Shown piece by piece: positions 1 through 12,781 of a stretch of 64,000 bases of DNA. Made by a program: the position numbers and the translations under genes. Source of the stretch: Diadema antillarum (lineage: Eukaryota); the NCBI RefSeq assembly GCF_040938485.1, contig NW_027271623.1:83756-147755 (forward strand), in the 5' to 3' direction. Numbering within the stretch: position 1 is the stretch's first letter; each line of letters starts with the position of its first letter. The notes beneath the pieces are model-generated. The model was not told the origin of the DNA, made no database searches, and saw nothing but the letters and a program-made list of their open reading frames with translations.

Positions 1-138
1 TCTAACGTTAGGCTCTATCAGTCAATGTTTCCATGTCCACCACTGAAATTTACCACCACAGCACACACACTATTCACTACAGGTGGAGCACAAGCTAAGT
101 GATTTGTACAATACAAACTTGAGGTTATTGACATATTC

Positions 139-656
139 TTATGAAGTACAGTCAACCTTCTGCCTAAGTTCTGGTGTATTATAGTAGACACGTTTACAAT
201 GTACTACCACTAGACTGATCGACCACCTATTTTTATATCGACCACCCTCTCGCAATGGCTTTCTTGTGTATAAAATCAAAAGTATGCATGGGAGGGGGTG
301 CTTCCTTGTAATATGTAAAACCTGACATTTCTTGGGGTTGAAGCTCATTGTCAAAACCTGTTGCCATTTCTCTAGTAAGTTCAGATCTTCCTGCGGTCGG
401 TTGGAATCCTCATGAGACTTGATTTTTTGTTGGTAGGGCATGCAATCATCTGCAAAAAGCCTAGCAGTGGTGTTAACAGAGACATCAGTAGATCATTGAT
501 GGGGACCAGGAACAGAAGCGAACCCAGCACACTACCTTGTAGAACACTGGAATGATACAGGTGATACATCAGATGTCCAGCTCTCAAGGATGACTCTCTA
601 TGTTCTGTTTTTCTAGAAGTCCTTAATCCAGGTGTAGGTGATACCAGTGATTCCAT
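139..656 (-). mobile_element. Degraded non-LTR retrotransposon (LINE) reverse-transcriptase fragment
   Basis: Overlapping minus-strand ORFs 381-656 and 139-441 carry RT motifs LQGSVLGSLLFLVPINDL (cf. GVPQGSVLGPLLF..NDL) and W..VLTMSFNPKKCQVLHI. A frameshift separates them and no endonuclease or N-terminal RT follows. Confidence 0.6.
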
Positions 657-1374
657 AGTAAGCCAGCTTGTACTGAGTCTTCCATGAGGGACTTTATCAA
701 AAGCTTTTGAGAGATCTAATGGGATGACCTCACTCTGACATATTGTCAGCCATTTTATTGAAGTAAAATTAAGGCTTTAGTTTTACCTAGATATAAGACA
801 ATCAAGACACTGCTAGAGGTCTACCTACATCTGGGGGTCTAGATCTAGACTGCCTATTCCCTTTGAATTTGGTTATCCGGTGTTCATTGCCACCACTCAA
901 AAATATTATTTTCAAGCATGTGCCACGGCACTGCCGAACTGGATCTGCTCCACAGATACAGTATTAGGAAGACAATGGATTCATGTCACATAAAGAAAAT
1001 ATGCCAAGTGTAGACACTACTGGGTACTTTCACTTTTCTTGTGTACCACTCACTGGTAATGAAAGCTCTAGCCCTTCTGTTGTACGATGCAGTACAACGG
1101 GGCGACTGGGGCCTTAGGGGAGCTACTGCTGTATATCACCTTACCAATATACTGTATAAACTCGATATTCGCGAGGGTTTAATTTTCGTGAATTTTGCGA
1201 ATCACAGTTGGATTGCAGATTTAACAACAGCAAGCGAGAATGTCTCCATGCGCCCTGTTCAAAGTGCATTAACTTAAAGCGTCGGCGTCAATTCACAAAA
1301 ACAACTTCTCGCGAAAATGTCTATGGCCTTGTCATTTGCAAAAATATCTGTACACGAAAATAACAGCGTATACA

Positions 1375-1739
1375 GCAGGGTGGTCCACGAGGGGTTTTAG
1401 CATGTCGCTGCAACATGCTAAAATTCTTGTGCAACATCCTAAAAAGCCAGCAACATGCTATGCAACATCCTTAAGAATTTGCAACAATCTCAAAGTAAAA
1501 GTATTCAAAAATGTGCAAAACATGTGCATAACATAAGAAACATCAAACTACCAGGTACTTTGATATTTGTGTGCAAAACATGAGAGAGAACATTGAATGT
1601 AAGCAGCACAAAGAGAGATAAGCAGCAAAATATTGCGCACTACGTACTCATCGTGTGCGCTCCACGCATATTCAATTTCTGCAATATTCTCAGATTCTGA
1701 GCTTGCAACATGCTAAAATTTCAAGTTGCGGACCACCCT
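1375..1739. mobile_element. MITE-like TIR element, family A, full copy
   Basis: 11-bp terminal inverted repeat CAGGGTGGTCC (1375-1385) / GGACCACCCTG (1729-1739). Direct ATACAG lies immediately outside both ends as a candidate TSD. There is no coding capacity. The internal sequence is shared with 7708-8005. Confidence 0.5.
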
Positions 1740-2282
1740 GATACAGTACTAGAGGCTCTACGGGTTATTATCATCGCTGCGAATCCAGTTGAGGGCAGCA
1801 CGGAAGAGCCCTTGACTTGCCTCTGAGAAGTCAGGGGTAAAAGTAACTGTTATCCTAGCGGGCCTAAACACACGTCAGTGACAAGTTGAGAGAATGCACA
1901 CTTTTTTCAAAACGAAGTTTGTAAAATTTTCTTTGTATAAATTTTCCCCATGTCATTGTATGCATGTGACATAGACAAAAGTTTCTCATCCAGTAGTGAC
2001 TGTGCAGTGTGAGATTCTTTTCAAACTTTCACTATCATGTGTTCTACTAAATAGTATTAGAATAGCTGCATTCATTCAATCCACATGAATACATTAAGGT
2101 GAACTTCTCTTTTAATAAAAAGTCAGATTGTGTTTGTACAATGTATGCAATATTTCTGAGAGTAACAGCAAAAAGAATAGCTTTACAAGCAGTTTTGTCA
2201 TCACATTTTGTACTAATGTACATAGATGTTCCCAGTGACAAAGATATTATGTTTTCCGTCTTGAGGGATTGTAAACTAAATA

Positions 2283-2815
2283 CAGTGCACTCCCGTTACA
2301 ACGAACACGGTTATAACGAAATTTCGTTATAACGAAGTAAATCTTCTGGTCCCAAAATTATCACCATTAAAGTCTATGGTACAAAATTCGCTTATAACGA
2401 ACGCGGTTATAGCGAAATTTCCGTTATAACGAAGTCTTTTCCGAGCTCCACAGACAAAGAAAAACAAAAGAAATGTGCTCCGTTATAACGAAATGCGAAT
2501 TGCTTTCGAAAATACGTAGCGGAACAAGCATTTATAGCGTCTCTGCATGGGTGAACGCTTCACACCACTGTGTGTTCGCTCGTGTCACGCACAGTTTCTG
2601 AGGGGAACTTGCGTTTATTATTGTAATACAGTTATCCCATCACATTTCACATAGCTTTCCAGTGTATGATGACTATTCAGCAAACATAATAATGATATCA
2701 CAATACGTGGTTCCTTGTTGTCGTAAGATATTGTATTTGTTCGGTTATAACGAAATTTCGTTATAGCGAAAGAAAACTGCCGGTCCCGAGGATTTCGTTA
2801 TAACGGGAGTGCACT
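2283..2815. mobile_element. Tc1/mariner-like MITE, family B, copy 1
   Basis: About 23-bp TIR CAGTGCACTCCCGTTAYAACGAA at 2283-2305, with its reverse complement at 2793-2815. TA sits directly outside both termini (TA target duplication typical of Tc1/mariner). Internal GTTATAACGAAATTTCGTTATAACGAAG sub-repeats. No transposase ORF. Confidence 0.55.
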
Positions 2816-5607
2816 GTATATATTTCAAACTGTTTCAATTTTTGGAAGGATAAACTCTTACCCTCTTTTATGAAACATTCATATCCCACTATACATAATT
2901 ATGATGAAATAACATGACAAACATCCTCAGTTTGAGAGCGCTTCCTCACCAAAAAACGTGTCTCATCTTTTGTATGATAATGAGATGATGCAAACACAGC
3001 GAAACAGCACGACTTGCATGCCATTGATCAAGCTAAATGTGGACAGCTTTTCATGTAAAATCACTCATGAAAAATTTTAATGGAAGGATTCATTTTTGCA
3101 AATTAATGCAGTTTTAGTGGTATATGATAAATATATTCGGATTTCTACAGTATTGTAGGTTTAGGAAATTATAGTCTTGGAACTTGGGTACCACCATGCC
3201 AGTTTAATGTTGTTTGTAGATAAACTAGGAACAAGGAGAAAAATTCAGACATGTTTTGGCTGGGTTGTTTTCCAATGACGCTGCTACTTGACAAGCTTGG
3301 CTGGGTTTGTTACGTGTAGAATGCCACTGCACGTGTGATTTTAATCTTACCAAAATTCTTTGGTATGCTACAAACACTTCAAAGATGAATGTATTGATAA
3401 ATCTGTGTCCATGAAGAGGAAAATTGGTTTCCCTTGTTGATTTGTACATTTTCATCTTCTTCTTGAAAACAACACAATGGATTTTCACCAAACTTGGCAG
3501 GTAGCATTCCTTGGGGAATAGGATCTCAATTTGTTTGAATGGGCACCATGCTCCCCATGGGGGCCTCAGGAGCCAAAACCTTCCAAATTAAGCAATATTA
3601 GAAAATATTCTTCTCTAGAATCAGAAGTGATAGAACTTTAAGTCTTTTATTTCAATGCATCTATTCAAACTTTCTAAGTACAGTTTACTTGGCAAGTATT
3701 ATTACCAGTGTGATAGATTATGCAAATGGACATCATGCTCCCACCTCTCAAAGCTGCCCCTGCCTTTCAAGTTTGCAATGTTTTCAGGTAAGAGTCTACA
3801 AGAATTTGTGGAAGGTGAGCTTGTAATACTCTGGTGAGCCTGAGACCCCTGGTCTCTTGTTGAAAAATGGTGCATCACGCATTACTCCGGGGTAATGTAC
3901 ATGTAGTACCCTGTTTTACTGCGTTGTGTAGCACCATCTCACGTCCACTCGAGGACAGCCGCAGAGAAATGCAGGCACTGTGTGTGCGTGTACATAGTCA
4001 CTCCCATGCCGCTGCATGTTATAAAATAGCGGATTTCAAGCATGGTAATTGGTCAAAACGCGTCACGTGGCATTCAACTTTTTTCGCGCACTGCACGTGA
4101 GTGCAGATGTCTCGCAAAAAAAAGTGATGTACCACACTCGTGAATTTGCGTAGAGTTCGTGTATCATTCATCTAACGAAGTAGGTCTAATCATGGAGCTA
4201 CAATCGAAGCTCATGTCTAATGATGTACCGAGCGATGCTACATGCATCCCATCGTATCGCAAGAATTGCAGTCGGAGGCGGCCTTTAGACTGCTGTTACC
4301 TGGCGTTATCGCGTTGCCGAAATTTGTCTATCAATAAATCATTCATTGTGTATTATGCTGTTTCCATTTTTTTTTTTTTGGGGGGGGGGGTATTCATCAA
4401 AAACCGCTATTTTATAAAAGAAATAGCGCACTTGTTCCATTGTGCGACAATGTAAGTGCAGTGGACGCTCGGTTTCTTCAGATGGTGTGCACTGCGTACT
4501 CACCTAGCGGCTCGTACGCAGAGGCGGCACCAAATTTAAGAAACCTTGCGTGCACTGCACTAACACTATCACTGTCCGTGCCGTGCGCTAATTCTATATT
4601 ATACTATGCATGCATGGCACCCTGTGCTAGCAATAGTGTGTGCTTCAATGCACTGCAGTGCAGTGGCTAGTGCGCGCTAGCTCCAGCACCAAAATAATTT
4701 CCACTTTTTGGCAACCCAGGGTACAACCTTTTTAAAAAAATAAATAATTCAACAAAATGGCTGATTTTTTTGGTACCCCGGGATACCATTTATGTCATCA
4801 AATGTACAGTCATGCATGGGAGGAATGTGTCTCATGGTTGCTTTGGATACTGGTTAGCAATGATGACTGCCTGGATGGTCTTAGCTTTCAAACATTGTTC
4901 TCCATCATACATTGTACAGATTGTACATGCTGGCTACAAAACACACTGAGTGTGCCATGGCTGGACCGATTGTTTGCACTGAACACTTGGCCATACAGGT
5001 AGTCTTGGCTGTGCAGGTGAAATGTGGTTATTACTGAAGCTAAGTCTCCTCATCCTGCATTAACTTGTTGAGGACGGACTAATTTTGCTGCAACACGCAT
5101 TCATCAACTCCCGTCCTCAACGGTTAATGCTCATTTATAGATTTGATAGACTGTTGAAATTTACTTATTTTTTCCAAGATCTGTGTCATGACATAGCACA
5201 GTCCACTTCTGCAGCCATATGAATGTCAAGATTCTACAATGTCTGGATGTAAAGATCTATGTTGTAGTCACAAACCTGAACATGCAAGTAGTCATTTGCA
5301 TTTTCAGTAAATTGGGTAATATTGTTATTTACATTGCTTGCAAAGCATATTGAATCATGCATGCCCCAAGAGACATTTGGGAGAAAAACTAGTTTCCTTT
5401 GACTGAATTTCTACAATTCATGGATGACTCCCTTTGTTTTACTTTTACATGATGTGTAAACCAGCATACACAATAATGAACTTATCACAATGGATTACTT
5501 CAAAAGTACAGCATATTGTGCTTTTGAACATTTTGTACTAGTCAAGCAAAATCTGTTTTCATATATGCTTTTGATTAGTTTCTTTGCTTTGTTTTTTACA
5601 CCTTCAG

Positions 5608-6721
5608 ATTGATCAGCTGAAAGAAGAGGCTCGTCAGATTTCTGAATTGCCCGAAAAGGAGTTTGATGTGCTAATCACCAGTCTGAAACCTGACCTGAGC
5701 AGACATCAAACAGGTTTAGAAGAACCCTGTTCTCATTTCTCCAAAGAGGAAGAGTCTGCTCCATGCCACATGGCTGCCACAGATGCGGCTGTGGAGACCC
5801 ATGGTAGACCACATACATCGAACCTGACAACAACTCCCAATGACACTGATGCACAGGCAAAACCTGGAGCTAGCTGCGAAGCAACTCTTCGAGCTGCCAG
5901 CCATGTTGCAAGAGAACATTCTACAGACCCGTGTAGCGATGAGTGTGTGCTATCTGTAGGGAATGAAGTCACTACTGCCGTTGTTGAGATGACTCGAGAG
6001 GAGGTGAAAGGAGCTGAGAGCATGAACAGCCATGCTGCTGATTCGTGTGCAGACTCAGGACATCGTGCAAGTAAGCGCAGTGTTGAGGAGGTTGGTGCTA
6101 TTCTCTCATTTGGACTAAAAGAACAGCCTGTGACAAAAAATGTCAAGGATCAGCTAAACCTTGTGCAGGGAAATGCAGAGAAAAAGACCAACTCACCTAA
6201 AATGCCTTTATACAAGACAAGCTCCTCTTGCAGTACTGTACAGGACAAGTCAACTTTGCTCAAGTCTGCAGCAAGCATTCTTGATGGCTGCAAGTTACCA
6301 AACAGCTCAACATGTCCAGAGCCGGAATATTTTAGCAACCACTATGATGCTACTGCTCTAAATGTTTCAGACCACAGAACTCTGCCTGAGGAGAGGACCA
6401 GTAAGGAGTGTGTTGTTGAACGTGAGATGCTTCCCCTCACTCCAAGTAGCAGGAGAAAAGAGCAGCCTGGTGAGCCAGGGATGCAGCTTCTCCCCAATGG
6501 TATCAGTCACAAAAGTTATGGCAGCATAGACTCCACTGATGCTACTCTTCCACTCCCTTCGGTCTCGTCTCCTGAGGAGGATTCATCCCCAGCCCCAGCC
6601 CCAGCCCCAGCCCCAGCCAGTAGTACTACCGACGCCCTGGAAGGGCCCACTGCCCAGACCAGTCAAGACACGCCAGAGGAAACCACCAAAAAGAAAAAGA
6701 AGCGAAAAAAGAAAAAGAAAG
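5608..6721 (+). CDS. Internal coding exon of a Ser/Thr-rich low-complexity (intrinsically disordered) protein gene. It begins at acceptor ccttcag|ATT and ends at donor AAAG|gtaattg in phase 1.
   Basis: Long open frame (TTG-initiated in the ORF track, so the start is not real) preceded by a Py-tract plus AG. Encodes IDQLKEEARQISELPEKEFDVL... then S/T/P-rich sequence, SPAPAPAPAPAS and KKKKKRKKKKK. A GT donor follows at 6722. Phase is consistent with the downstream exons. Confidence 0.55.
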
Positions 6722-7707
6722 GTAATTGTGTGACTCTAGGTGAAAGGGAGTAGGACATCCAGATCGATGGTTTGTGGTGGGTACATAAAGTAGTAGAGTA
6801 GAGAAATGTTTGTGAATAAATCGTGCAACTTTACATGTATTGAGAGACTTTTCAGGCATTCCAAGGTGCTACATACATACAATAAGTCCTTGCCGGATTG
6901 CTTGGGCAAGATGGGCAAGTGTTTCAGAACAGTGAGAAACAATGCTTGCCCAAATTGGGCACGCAAAAAGTCTTAAAAGTCACCTTCCCCCCTTCAAACC
7001 CATGAAGTCAGCCATACAAAAGGCAAAAGATAATGACTGCTTAGTGATGCAATGTAACATTTCATTTGAGCAACTTTCCAAGACTTGCATGAAGAAGCCC
7101 CAATGCAATGCAACACCAACAATTGATCAAACCAAGTTGTTACTCATGTGAATCAATGTATGCTGTTTATTGATGATTATATTTTATCAAGCCCTTGACT
7201 TGAGTGGTTTTCTTTATCATTTTCTTATAATTTTAGACTTTCTTTCATGTTTTCATGTTTGGGCAAGTGTTCTGCAACAATTGAAAATCTGCTTGCCTGA
7301 CTGGGCAAGTAGTAAAAAAAAAGAAGTTATGTAGCACCCAGCATGCATCTCTTTATTGTAAATATTTTGGGTTTCACCTTGTTTTATCTACCAAAAAGCG
7401 AATCTTGAATAGCAAAGTTTGAAAACTAATTTGAGGTGGTACAGTGGAAACTCAGTATAATGAGATCCTTGGGACCAAGCCTATTTGTTCTTTATATCAA
7501 ATATTGTGTTATATCTGTGGTCAATAAACAATACAAATTAAAGGAACAATTGCCAATTAATTGGGACTAGAGAAATTAGTTTGTTGATATATTTTGTTAC
7601 ATCAGATCTTATAACGAGTTTCCGCTGTAGTGGTTTTATATTTGGAAATGAGCATTGCTTTACTCATACATTGTAGGATAGCACACATGTAAATGGCAGG
7701 ATAGTCC

Positions 7708-8005
7708 ACAATGGGTTTGAGCATGTCACTGTAGTATGTTGGAATTCTTGTGCAACACCATCAAAAGCAAGCAATATGCTAAGCAACATCCTCCAGAATT
7801 GGCCATGTACTCAAAATTAGATATAATCAGGCATGAAAAACATTTGCATAACTTTTAGAGCTAAACATCAAATTACTTCCCAAGTTTTTGTGCAAATCTT
7901 GAGACAGAACATCAAACGTTAGTTGCACAACAAGAAAAAAGTTGCTAAATGTTGAGCGCTACAATGTATGCCCTTTTGATGTGTGCTGTGCGCACATGCA
8001 GTTTC
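7708..8005. repeat. 5'-partial copy of MITE family A
   Basis: Begins CAGGATAGTCCACAATGGGTTTGAGCATGTC..., homologous to 1375-1700 (GCAACA(T/C)CCT / TGCTAAGCAACATCC blocks), but lacks the 3' TIR. Confidence 0.45.
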
Positions 8006-8462
8006 CCCAATCAACAATGATTGTACAGATGATCAAAAATATTGAGATCTATAGCATGCTGTAGAGGAGTTGTGCATTGGAAAGAAATGCATGCTTCATT
8101 ACAGTTCAAGTAGAAAAGTGACCCCTTAATGTGAAAAAATAAAAACAAGAATAAAACAAATATAACCTTGCTATATTGAATTCTACGTGCTCGATTACAC
8201 TTGACAGAAATACATTGAGTTTTGTACATTATTAAGGAGAGCAAAATGCAGAGATGTTGTAAATACACTGTATACATGAGGTGTTCCTCTGGGCCTGAGG
8301 TGCAGGGTCTCTAAAGGGCCATAACATGTTCAAGTATTCAAGCCTTTGTCTGGATTCTAGATAATTTGTGCTTCAAAATGGAGAATAAGAGGAGGGCCAA
8401 AATGGTGACCTTATTGTTTCATGTGGGTAGTCTGTGCACAGATCAGTTTCATTGTGCAGCTT

Positions 8463-8510
8463 CCCTTCATCATCACACTTAATAACTCTCTCTCTCTCTC
8501 GCTCTCTCTC
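8463..8510. repeat. (CT)n microsatellite
   Basis: ctctctctctctcgctctctctctc run, read directly. It forms the polypyrimidine tract just upstream of the exon at 8552. Confidence 0.8.
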
Positions 8511-8551
8511 TCTTTGCCTGTATCTGTGAACTCCTCTTCTCTGTACCCAAG

Positions 8552-10762
8552 GTACATCTGAAGGTGACCCAGGCGGGGCTAACTGCTCAGACCATGAGAG
8601 TAAAGTGCTAACTTCCCCTGGAACATCAGGAGCAGAGGATTCCAGCAAGCCCTTGACCCCAGTGGACGTTTCAAAGCCAGTCCCACCTCCAAAGGCCACT
8701 CCTGCTAATGGACCCAGTGCACCACAGTCAAAGACATCTGTATCAAGCAAAAACAAAAAATCTGACAATAGATCCGATACTTATTCAAAGAAGCAAATAA
8801 ATAATGGGAAGAAACTCTCAGGAGCAGTAGCCGAGGACAGCAAGTCAGTTGTTGCTACAGAAAGACTGTCAAACAAGCCCACTACTGTCAGCAATGGACC
8901 CAAAAAAGTAGACTTATCAAATGAGATTGATCCACGCAGGACTGTAGATGAGGTATGCCATGAGAGGAAAAACACTTTAAAGGTGGAAAGTAAAAAGTGG
9001 AACAGCAAAGAAGACAATACTTCCAGCAATGAATCAGATAATGGACTGGACATTGAAAAGAGCAGTGAGGATGCCAGTCTTGCAGCCAGCAAAGACAGTT
9101 CAATAGATGAAACCTACCAGGACGATGATGATAGTAATGGGAATGAGTGGCAGACGTATGGTCAAAAGAGGAGTAAAAGAAGAGCTTATGCTGCTGAAGA
9201 TAGAAACAGTTTTTTCCCCCGACCGTCTTACCCAGATGGATATCGCCGTTCTTACTATACTGGCCCTTTCGATCCACAATTGCGGAAATCTAGTAGTGAA
9301 CCATCAGGCATTTCCAAGTTTAATGACGTCAGTGATAGCAAGCCTATTTACAGGCATTCTTCTTTTTCTCGCCACTCTCTCTCGCGAGAAGAATATCATG
9401 GTTTCACTCAAAAGCCAGACAGTGCCCCTGCAGTGGAAACTGTTCCAAAACCACCCATGCCTATCTCTGAGAACTCTTATGCTGCCAAGTTAAAATCTAA
9501 ACCACCAATTGTACCGAATGGGAGCAGTAAGAAGAGTCAAGAAGGTGTAGGAAATGTGCCAGACGTACAAAGTGCTAGTAGCAAGACGGAGGAAGGTAAA
9601 CCTAATCTTGCTGGCGTGTCTTCTCTCAACAAAGAAGAGCCAAAGATGGCTGAGGAAAAGCCAGTTGAAGGAGAATCAAGCAAACCGTGTGAAAGCAACG
9701 TGAATGTATCATCCTCAACAACAGATATGAGTAGAGGACTAGCAGAGGGTCATGTTGTCATGAGCAGTGTTCCCCCAAGTGCTTGTGGTGGCATTAGTGC
9801 TGCCACAGCTGCTAAGTCTGCTAGCCTTCCTCGTGATATGGGACGCAAGCCAGGCACTGATGTGCCAAAGATGGACAACACTAGTGCAGATAATGTTGTG
9901 CAATATCTAGACTTAGAAGACACATATGCAGCACGCCTTAAAAATAGTCTAAGTAAGCCAAGTGATACCAAACTTTCAAGTAGGGCATCAAGTCAGCATC
10001 CTGAGAAACTGCATGGCAGTGAGTGCACCAAGCCGCCACGGTCAAGTAAGCTAGAAAGTAGCCACAAAGCTGTCAGTCTTGACTCAGCTCAGCCTGTTCC
10101 AGCCGTAGTGCCAAAGAAAACTGGCATTGCCAGTAGCAAAGACAAGGACAACATACGATCTGTCAAGTCAGAAACAAGCCTTAATCTGACTTGTGAAAGT
10201 ACTCCAGTCATCCAGGATAACTCCTTCCCATTTGAAGCGGAACCAGCAGCAAGCTTTGACATAATATTTGGCTCTGTGAAATTTTGTGAGAGTGATTTTG
10301 AACTTATTGATGAAGTTGTGCAAAGTGGACAGCAGCCAGAGCCCAAGTCAGAGGCAGAATCAACTGCTGACTTTGTCCCTCCAAACAAACCTGTGATACC
10401 TAGAACACAAACCTCACCCTCTGCAGGGAAACAGGTCAGCTGTGAGGAGCTTGAGAAGGCTTGGATTGCTAAGAGTCCGTTGTCTGAAACCAAAACTGGA
10501 GATCAGAGCAAGAAGCCAAGTACAAATAACACATCTGCAGTGCCATTAGTAGGATCCAACCTTGTTGCAATTTTGTCTGGTGGTAAGACTAACAACACTC
10601 CACCCCTAAAAAGGAATCACACCAGTAATATGAAGGGTTCTGGAATTGACATGGTTCCTGGGTCAGTGGTGCAGAAGGAGTCTTCTTCCACACTCCGCAA
10701 CCAGAGGCCACACTGGTCTGCAGGCTTCAACCACACAGAACTGGCAGACATGCTTCTCAAAG
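8552..10762 (+). CDS. Large coding exon (737 codons) of the same disordered-protein gene. Acceptor cccaag|GT at 8550-8551 (alternative acceptor ctcag|AC at 8589-8590, same phase). Donor CAAAG|gtgagag at 10763.
   Basis: The 2.2-kb open frame continues phase 1 from exon 5608-6721 (G + AC/GT completes the codon). It is extremely Ser/Thr/Lys/Pro-rich with no recognisable globular domain. A strong GTGAGA donor follows. The track's M at 8605 is a GTG, not an ATG. Confidence 0.55.
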
Positions 10763-11195
10763 GTGAGAGTCAGAAAACAGAAGTGGGCAGATAATTTGAA
10801 GTGGGGGGGGGGTGGGGTGGGGGAGACTTGTATGGCTTGGAACATGAAAGCTGAGTGCAACAGCGGATATAATTCACCAGTTACTAGTTATACCTCCCTT
10901 CACTTTTTGGAAGCAACATTTTATTCTTCTGGTCACCCACTGAAGGGAATTATATCGGCTGAAGCTGATTTGTGTTGGTTGAATATCAGGTCCATGCCAA
11001 ATGTGTTGGGAGTGATCCAATGAGGCAAGGTCTTCTGATGAATGAACTAAGCTTCGCTTTCTGAGGCCTTTTTTGGTTGCAAGTTGAGTCAAGTGTGGGA
11101 TAAGTTTTGAGTTGGTCTGTTATGTTGTGCTGCCATCACTCAATTTAATTTCATGTCGGCATTGTTGCAATACAATGTTTACTCTTATGCTACTA

Positions 11196-12119
11196 CAGTT
11201 AAACTCGCCTAAGTCGACATCGCATATGTCAAATAATCGCGCAAGTCGATGATTTTAAAAAGTCCCGATTTTTCCCCATTGACTTACGTGTATTCACTCA
11301 CAAGTCGAATTTTGTAAGTCGAATACTCGCCTAAGTCGATGAAATATCCAAGAACACTTTCACGGAAAAACCATTAAATTCACTGTGCCTAAGTCGAATA
11401 AGATTTTATTGTGCAATAAATCACTGTCAAAATCACGAGACGCCAGTTTTTGTTTACAGAAGAAGTAGCCCGACCAGACAGGTGACAAAAAATGATCTAA
11501 AGTATCAAAATTCAAAGCGATCGCATGCGATTGTTGAACTCTCTTCGTGTTTGGAGGTCCGCTGGTACAGCCCTGTCGCGCTAGCGCTACGTAGTACGTA
11601 CAGCGAGTGGGCTGTGTATAGTTGTGCGTACAGCGACTGGGCTGTGTATAGTCTGTGTATATTAACAGTCTGCGCTGTGCAGTGGATGGATGAAGCTGCT
11701 GAGTTTTCAAAGCGGAAAGTAGGGGGAAAGTTACGGGCACGGGTAAATCAGAATTACACCTCTACACGCATTTCAAGCCACAGTATGGTAAACTGGGATC
11801 AATCACTGCTCAAATATTGTTCATATTCACTTCCCCAAGGTTTAACAAGGGTGTAAAGTAATCGGACCTGTGCCAATACTAATGCACTGTCCATGCAAAG
11901 TTAGCCGCGGCCCTGCCGGGCGACCCGTGCTGCGGCACACCTCTCCAGCTCTCGGCTCCAGAGTAGACAACATACATGTACATGTACATTTATACATAAT
12001 GTACGTGTGGTGTAACTGTTGTTAAGTCGATTTTTTTCGACTTACGCATAAGTCGAAAATCGTCTAAGTCGATGTGTTTTGCTCAGTCCCGAGAAGATTG
12101 ACTTATGCGAGTTTAACTG
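11196..12119. mobile_element. Non-autonomous Tc1/mariner-like TIR element (924 bp)
   Basis: TIR CAGTTAAACTCGCCTAAGTCGA (11196-) with reverse complement ...GCGAGTTTAACTG (to 12119). Both are flanked by TA (11194-11195 and 12120-12121). Internal TAAGTCGA sub-repeats and a tandem GTACAGCGA(G/C)TGGGCTGTGTATAGT duplication. No transposase ORF. Confidence 0.5.
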
Positions 12120-12781
12120 TACCTGCAATGTGCATGTATGTGATCACAGAGGGCTGTAGGGTTTCTGAAAGGAAGCAGAAAAGATGCTATCAAAACAGTT
12201 ACTATATTTTCAATAGTAAAGAGAGAAAGAGTTTAAATTTCACTGTACCTAGTCTTGGAGTACACTGATTGGACAAACACATGTTTGTATTACTGCGAAA
12301 TGACAGTTTTAAACACAAAGAATTGAAGCACACAAGGCCATTGTGTTGCGTATTGTACTTAAGTGGCAATGTGGAAATTAAAAACTATGATGAAATGCTA
12401 GATTATTTTTCATAATAATTGTTCAATATCAATATCATTTTGTAGTATCAGTCTGGAGCTAATGCAACTTTAACTGTTGGTGTACCTGTACCCATGCAAA
12501 TGGTATGCAAGTGAATATACTGGAAAATATTGAATTCATATAAAATTTGGATTTTAGATTCCTACAGAGATTTTATGATGGTAACCTTTGCCCTTGGTCC
12601 TACTTAGCATTGCCCCTTATTGAGGAAAAGACTGTTTGCGTATGATTCAAATATGATCTTTTCGCACTTCCTCCATCTAACCAACTGTGGGACCTCTTAT
12701 TGCTTTACGTGTAGATGATGTGAGACAAGTATCTGTCATACTGTCTAAACCTGTTCTGTCTTTTCTGTGTCTTTCTGCAGA

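Noticed and set aside
1041-1277. ATG ORF 1041-1277 and neighbouring CG-containing direct motifs (ttttcgtgaattttgcgaa / ttctcgcgaaaatg)
   Set aside because: No protein similarity recognised, and the motifs are too short to define a repeat family confidently.
4757-5002. ATG-initiated ORF 4757-5002 followed by CAG|gtagt, considered as the missing upstream exon of the disordered-protein gene
   Set aside because: The donor would leave phase 2, but the downstream exon at 5608 needs phase 0. The peptide has no recognisable features. No other evidence supports it, so it is left unannotated.
5675-6338. Minus-strand ORFs 5675-5860, 5716-5919, 5733-6146 and 6150-6338
   Set aside because: Antisense to the plus-strand exon 5608-6721; typical shadow ORFs.
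8373-9277. Minus-strand ORFs 8373-8768, 8781-9092, 8888-9277 and plus-strand 9107-9493
   Set aside because: They are antisense or out-of-frame to the 2.2-kb coding exon, or they translate the (CT)n/(GA)n run (RERERER). There is no independent support.
8605-10794. ORF-track start codons at 8605 (M) and 5584 (M) taken as translation starts
   Set aside because: The underlying codons are GTG and TTG. The track allows alternative starts, and these frames are internal exons entered by splicing, not initiation sites.
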